A stretch of DNA of 64,000 bases. Origin: an uncultured Chloroflexia bacterium. Its GTDB lineage: Bacteria; Chloroflexota; Limnocylindria; Limnocylindrales; CSP1-4. The stretch covers positions 536,640 to 600,639 of the forward strand of contig CAVRTH010000019.1 in NCBI GenBank assembly GCA_963724095.1, read 5' to 3'. The stretch's first letter is position 1, and every line of letters begins with the position of its first letter. The position numbers were made by a program, and so were the translations under genes. The notes beneath the pieces were generated by a model. That model had not been told where the DNA came from. It searched no databases and saw only the letters and a program-made list of their open reading frames with translations. Positions 60,859 to 64,000 of the stretch are shown here, piece after piece.

Positions 60859-62000
60859 GCCATTCCCCCTCCGTGAAAGCGATCGATGCGAAACATCCCG
60901 ATGTCATGGTACGTCCCGCCATCGAGCGCGAGGTCAGCGGCGATCTCCCCCACCACGCTGGCGAACTTGAAGCCGTGGCCGCTGCAGGGTGACACGACCA
61001 CGACCTGTGGTGCCGACGGCAGCCGGTCGATGATGAAGTGCTCGTCGGGGGTATTGGTGAACATGCAGGTCTTGCGCGTGAGTGCCGCACCGTCAGCGTC
61101 GGGCAGGTAGCGAACCGTGGCGGCCCGGATGACGGCCTCGTCCTCGGGCTCGAACCGCGAGCGGTCCCAGGCGTCGGGGTCGACGACCTCTCGCCGATGG
61201 TGCATGAGCCCGATCTTCAGCCCCGGGATGCCGTACTCGGGGAAGCCGTAGTAGAGCCCCTCGGGCACCTCGAGGATGAAGATGGGGAAGGCGCCCACCG
61301 CGTAGCGCTCGGGACGCAGGGTCCGTGCCCACAGCAGCATCTGTCGCTCCGGCAGCGCGATCGTTGCCAGCGAGTCGATCAGTTTTCCCACCCAGGCTCC
61401 GGTACTGACTACGAGCCGGCGTGCCCGGTACTCGCCCTGCTGCGTCTTCAAGACGACGCCGTTGCCATCCGGCCACCAGTCCACGACCGGCTCGTAGCCG
61501 CGCAGGTCGGCGCCGGCGTCCAGGGCCAGCCGCGCGTACCCGGCGATGGCGCGCTCGCTCAGCACGAATCCACCCTCGGGCTGATAGACAGCGACCAGGT
61601 CGGACGGCAGGCGGAAGCCCGGGAACCGAGCCATCAGGGCCTCCGCGTCAAGCAGCTCATGTTCCAGGTCGTGGGTGCGGGCCGATGCCAGTGATCCCCT
61701 CACGGTCTCGCTCGCAGGATGTCCGATGTCGACCCCACCGGTCGTCACCAGGATGGGCTCGCCCAGCCGCCTCTCCAGCTCACGCCATCGCACGTAGGCG
61801 CGACGAAGGAGAGGCACGTAGCGCGGATCCTCGGCGTAGGCCAGGCGGATGATGCGGTTGACGCCATGAGATGAACCGCTGTCGTTGGGGATCCCGGCTC
61901 GCTCCAGCCCAAGCACGCGAGCGCCGCGAGCCGCCAGCTCTGCGGCCGTGGCACTGCCCATGCCGCCCACCCCGGCCACGATGACGTCGTACTCCATCAC
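60855..62000 (-). CDS. monomeric sarcosine oxidase / N-methyltryptophan oxidase family flavoenzyme
   Basis: DVIVAGVGGMGSATA FAD motif and the MSOX covalent-flavinylation region SPCSGHGFKF. Confidence 0.8.
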   Translation of the reverse strand: MMEYDVIVAGVGGMGSATAAELAARGARVLGLERAGIPNDSGSSHGVNRIIRLAYAEDPRYVPLLRRAYVRWRELERRLGEPILVTTGGVDIGHPASETVRGSLASARTHDLEHELLDAEALMARFPGFRLPSDLVAVYQPEGGFVLSERAIAGYARLALDAGADLRGYEPVVDWWPDGNGVVLKTQQGEYRARRLVVSTGAWVGKLIDSLATIALPERQMLLWARTLRPERYAVGAFPIFILEVPEGLYYGFPEYGIPGLKIGLMHHRREVVDPDAWDRSRFEPEDEAVIRAATVRYLPDADGAALTRKTCMFTNTPDEHFIIDRLPSAPQVVVVSPCSGHGFKFASVVGEIAADLALDGGTYHDIGMFRIDRFHGGGMA

Positions 62001-62086
62001 GTCTCCCCGCGCTCAACGACGAAGACCGGGCGAGGATGCCCGGTCTTCGTCGCATGCTGATGGCGGGACCGAACGGCCCCCTTGCG

Positions 62087-62548
62087 TCAGACCGAGGTAG
62101 TCGGGGGCGGGGTGGACGTGCTCGGGTCGCCGGTCGCCTGCGGGTTGCCGGCGAATCTGTCCATCTCGACTTGCGCGAACTGGTCGCGGATATCCTGCCG
62201 GCTGGTGTACCACAGCAGCAGCGCAGGGATGGCCGCGGACGCCAGGCCGTAGGCGATCGAACCGGTGGCCATCCAGACGAACATGGCGTCGACGAGTCCG
62301 AACACCGCCATGATCATGGTGAAGAGCAGGGCCCATGGTCGCATGGACCACAGGGCCCAGCCGACGCCCAGATAGATGATGCCCACGACGAGGGTCACGA
62401 GCCCGACCCAGACCACTCCGCTGCCGTTCCACTTGTCGTCGCCGAAGATGGCGATGCCAAGGAGTTGAAGCGCGACGAGCAACCGCACCGTGGCGATGGC
62501 GATGGCGAGTGCCCCAAGCATCAGCACTCCGAATGGGCGACCTTGCAT
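62087..62548 (-). CDS. hypothetical membrane protein
   Basis: 4 TM helices and a Pro/Thr-rich C-terminus. Confidence 0.4.
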   Translation of the reverse strand: MQGRPFGVLMLGALAIAIATVRLLVALQLLGIAIFGDDKWNGSGVVWVGLVTLVVGIIYLGVGWALWSMRPWALLFTMIMAVFGLVDAMFVWMATGSIAYGLASAAIPALLLWYTSRQDIRDQFAQVEMDRFAGNPQATGDPSTSTPPPTTSV

Positions 62549-62717
62549 CTGTCGATACCTCCGTGTTGGACGACCGAGGACCCGTGCGGCTCTCGAGGGC
62601 ACGACTCTTGGCGCACGCTGTCTGCTAGCGTATCGCAGCTCACGTCAGCCGAGCCATCAATTCTCGCGTACGCATGCGGCAAGCACCACCTGGCACCCGC
62701 CGCATGCGGCATTGGGA

Positions 62718-64000
62718 TCAGTCCTCGATGGTGACGTAGACCGGTGCCGTGATACCTCCCTGCACGGGGGCCCGGTCGAGGGACACCATGTCGCCTGCGG
62801 TGGCACGTCGCGTTCGCGGGATGGCGAACGCCGCCATGGCGCCGACGCCCACGAAGACCGCCCCCATCAGGACCGCTGGCACCATGCCGTCGACGAATGC
62901 CTGCGGGCTGGCGTAGGAGCCACGCTGCGAGAACACGGCCGCCAGCACCGCAACCCCGAAGACGCCACCCAGCTCCCGGATGGCGTTGCTGGCGCCGGAC
63001 GCCTGGCCCTCTTCCTGCTTGTGAACAGCGGAGAGGATGACATTGGCCATGGGTGCGAAGAACAGGCCCATGCCGATGCCGGAGATGACGAACGCCGGCA
63101 CCATGGCGAGATACTCGACCGACGTGCTCGAGACCAGGCCCAGCCAGGCCAGTCCGATCGCCTGCAGTGTCAGGCCTGCGCCCATGAGCAGCCCGCCGCC
63201 GATGCGGTCAGATAGTGCGCCCGCGATCGGCGCCACGAACATCGGCGCCAGCGTCCAGGGCAGGATGGCGAGCCCAGCCTCCAGCGGGGAGTAGAGACGC
63301 GCGAACTGCAGGAACTGCACGAGCAGGAAGATGGCACCGAACATCCCGAAGCTCATGAGCATGGCGCTGAGGTTGGCCAGGCTGAAGGCGCGGCTGGCAA
63401 AGAAGCGTGGCGGCAGCATCGGCGCTGGCGCGCGCCGCTCCCACAGCAGAAAGGCGATCAGCAGGGCGATGCCGGCTGCGAGCGCTCCCAGGATAAGCGG
63501 GCTGGTCCAGCCCTCGCTGTTGCCGTTGATCAAGGCCCATACGATCCCGAAGAGGCCCCCCGACGCCAGGACGACGCCGCGCAAGTCCAGGCGACCGGCC
63601 GGGCCATGGCTCTCACGCAGTCCGAACCAGGCCAGCGGGATGAGTGCCAGCCCGAGGGGCACGTTGACCCAGAAGATCCAATTCCAGGCCACTCCCTCGA
63701 CGATGGCGCCGCCGACCAGTGGGCCGATGGCGATGGCAAGGCCTCCGACCGCGCCCCAGGCGCCGAGGGCCATGCCACGTCGCTCGGCTGGCACCGCGGC
63801 GCTCAGCAGTGTCAGGGTCAGGGGCGTCACGATGGCCGCTCCGATACCCTGGGCCATGCGGCCGATGAGCAGCATCTCCACGCTCGTCGACGAGGCGGCG
63901 AAGGCCGATGCCGCGGTGAAGATGGCCACACCGATGATGAACATGCGGCGCCGACCGAAGCGGTCACCCAGTGCCGCGCCGGTCAGCAGGAAGACAGCGA
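62718..64000 (-). CDS. MFS transporter (DHA2/EmrB-like), N-terminus beyond the window end
   Basis: More than 408 aa of 12-14 TM MFS-like sequence ending at 62718; the ORF is still open at position 64000. Confidence 0.75.
   Translation of the reverse strand, partial: AVFLLTGAALGDRFGRRRMFIIGVAIFTAASAFAASSTSVEMLLIGRMAQGIGAAIVTPLTLTLLSAAVPAERRGMALGAWGAVGGLAIAIGPLVGGAIVEGVAWNWIFWVNVPLGLALIPLAWFGLRESHGPAGRLDLRGVVLASGGLFGIVWALINGNSEGWTSPLILGALAAGIALLIAFLLWERRAPAPMLPPRFFASRAFSLANLSAMLMSFGMFGAIFLLVQFLQFARLYSPLEAGLAILPWTLAPMFVAPIAGALSDRIGGGLLMGAGLTLQAIGLAWLGLVSSTSVEYLAMVPAFVISGIGMGLFFAPMANVILSAVHKQEEGQASGASNAIRELGGVFGVAVLAAVFSQRGSYASPQAFVDGMVPAVLMGAVFVGVGAMAAFAIPRTRRATAGDMVSLDRAPVQGGITAPVYVTIED

Overview
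Coordinates in findings are approximate (hand-counted). This is a chromosomal segment of about 70% GC carrying roughly 75 protein-coding genes (all on the features list), two tRNAs, no CRISPR array and no recognisable transposase or integrase. Several families point to an Actinomycetota-like host, though this is only an inference: a DUF385 (deazaflavin/F420-type) nitroreductase remnant, a GT87/DUF2029 membrane glycosyltransferase, Flp pilins and a CysO–CysM–Mec cluster. Going left to right: a winged-helix regulator, tRNA-Arg(CCG), class II fumarase, a frameshifted HisA-like fragment coupled to a frameshifted DUF885 gene, threonine aldolase, tRNA-Asp(GTC), and a CapA-family metallophosphatase. 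Next comes a minus-strand block of three Flp prepilin genes, with two tandem PAPS-type sulfotransferases immediately downstream of one of them, divergent from a lysine-2,3-aminomutase (kamA) operon. This is followed by a serine hydrolase, a phosphofructokinase, a SufT-like protein, a PduO-type adenosyltransferase, a BI-1/YccA protein, a HIBADH-family dehydrogenase with an L-2-hydroxyglutarate oxidase, and a DUF4389 protein. The most striking block is a compact sulfur-trafficking cluster under an Rrf2 regulator: SufC–SufS–SufU–(rhodanese-ThiF)–CysO–CysM–Mec, with no sufB/sufD. After that: a nucleoside/nucleobase salvage block (cytosine deaminase, a BMP-type nucleoside ABC transporter, an ECF transporter with an apparently duplicated S component, and a nucleoside hydrolase), an isocitrate dehydrogenase with a C-terminal extension of about 150 aa, and NUDIX, GT87, MarR, Tag, methyltransferase and RpiB-like genes. 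The window ends with a heavily frame-disrupted sugar ABC/oxidoreductase operon, an IclR–RibA-like–SDR–SGNH–MSOX cluster and a partial MFS transporter. The window contains an unusually large number of apparent frameshifts, at least 18. From sequence alone I cannot tell whether these are real gene decay or indel errors in the assembly.
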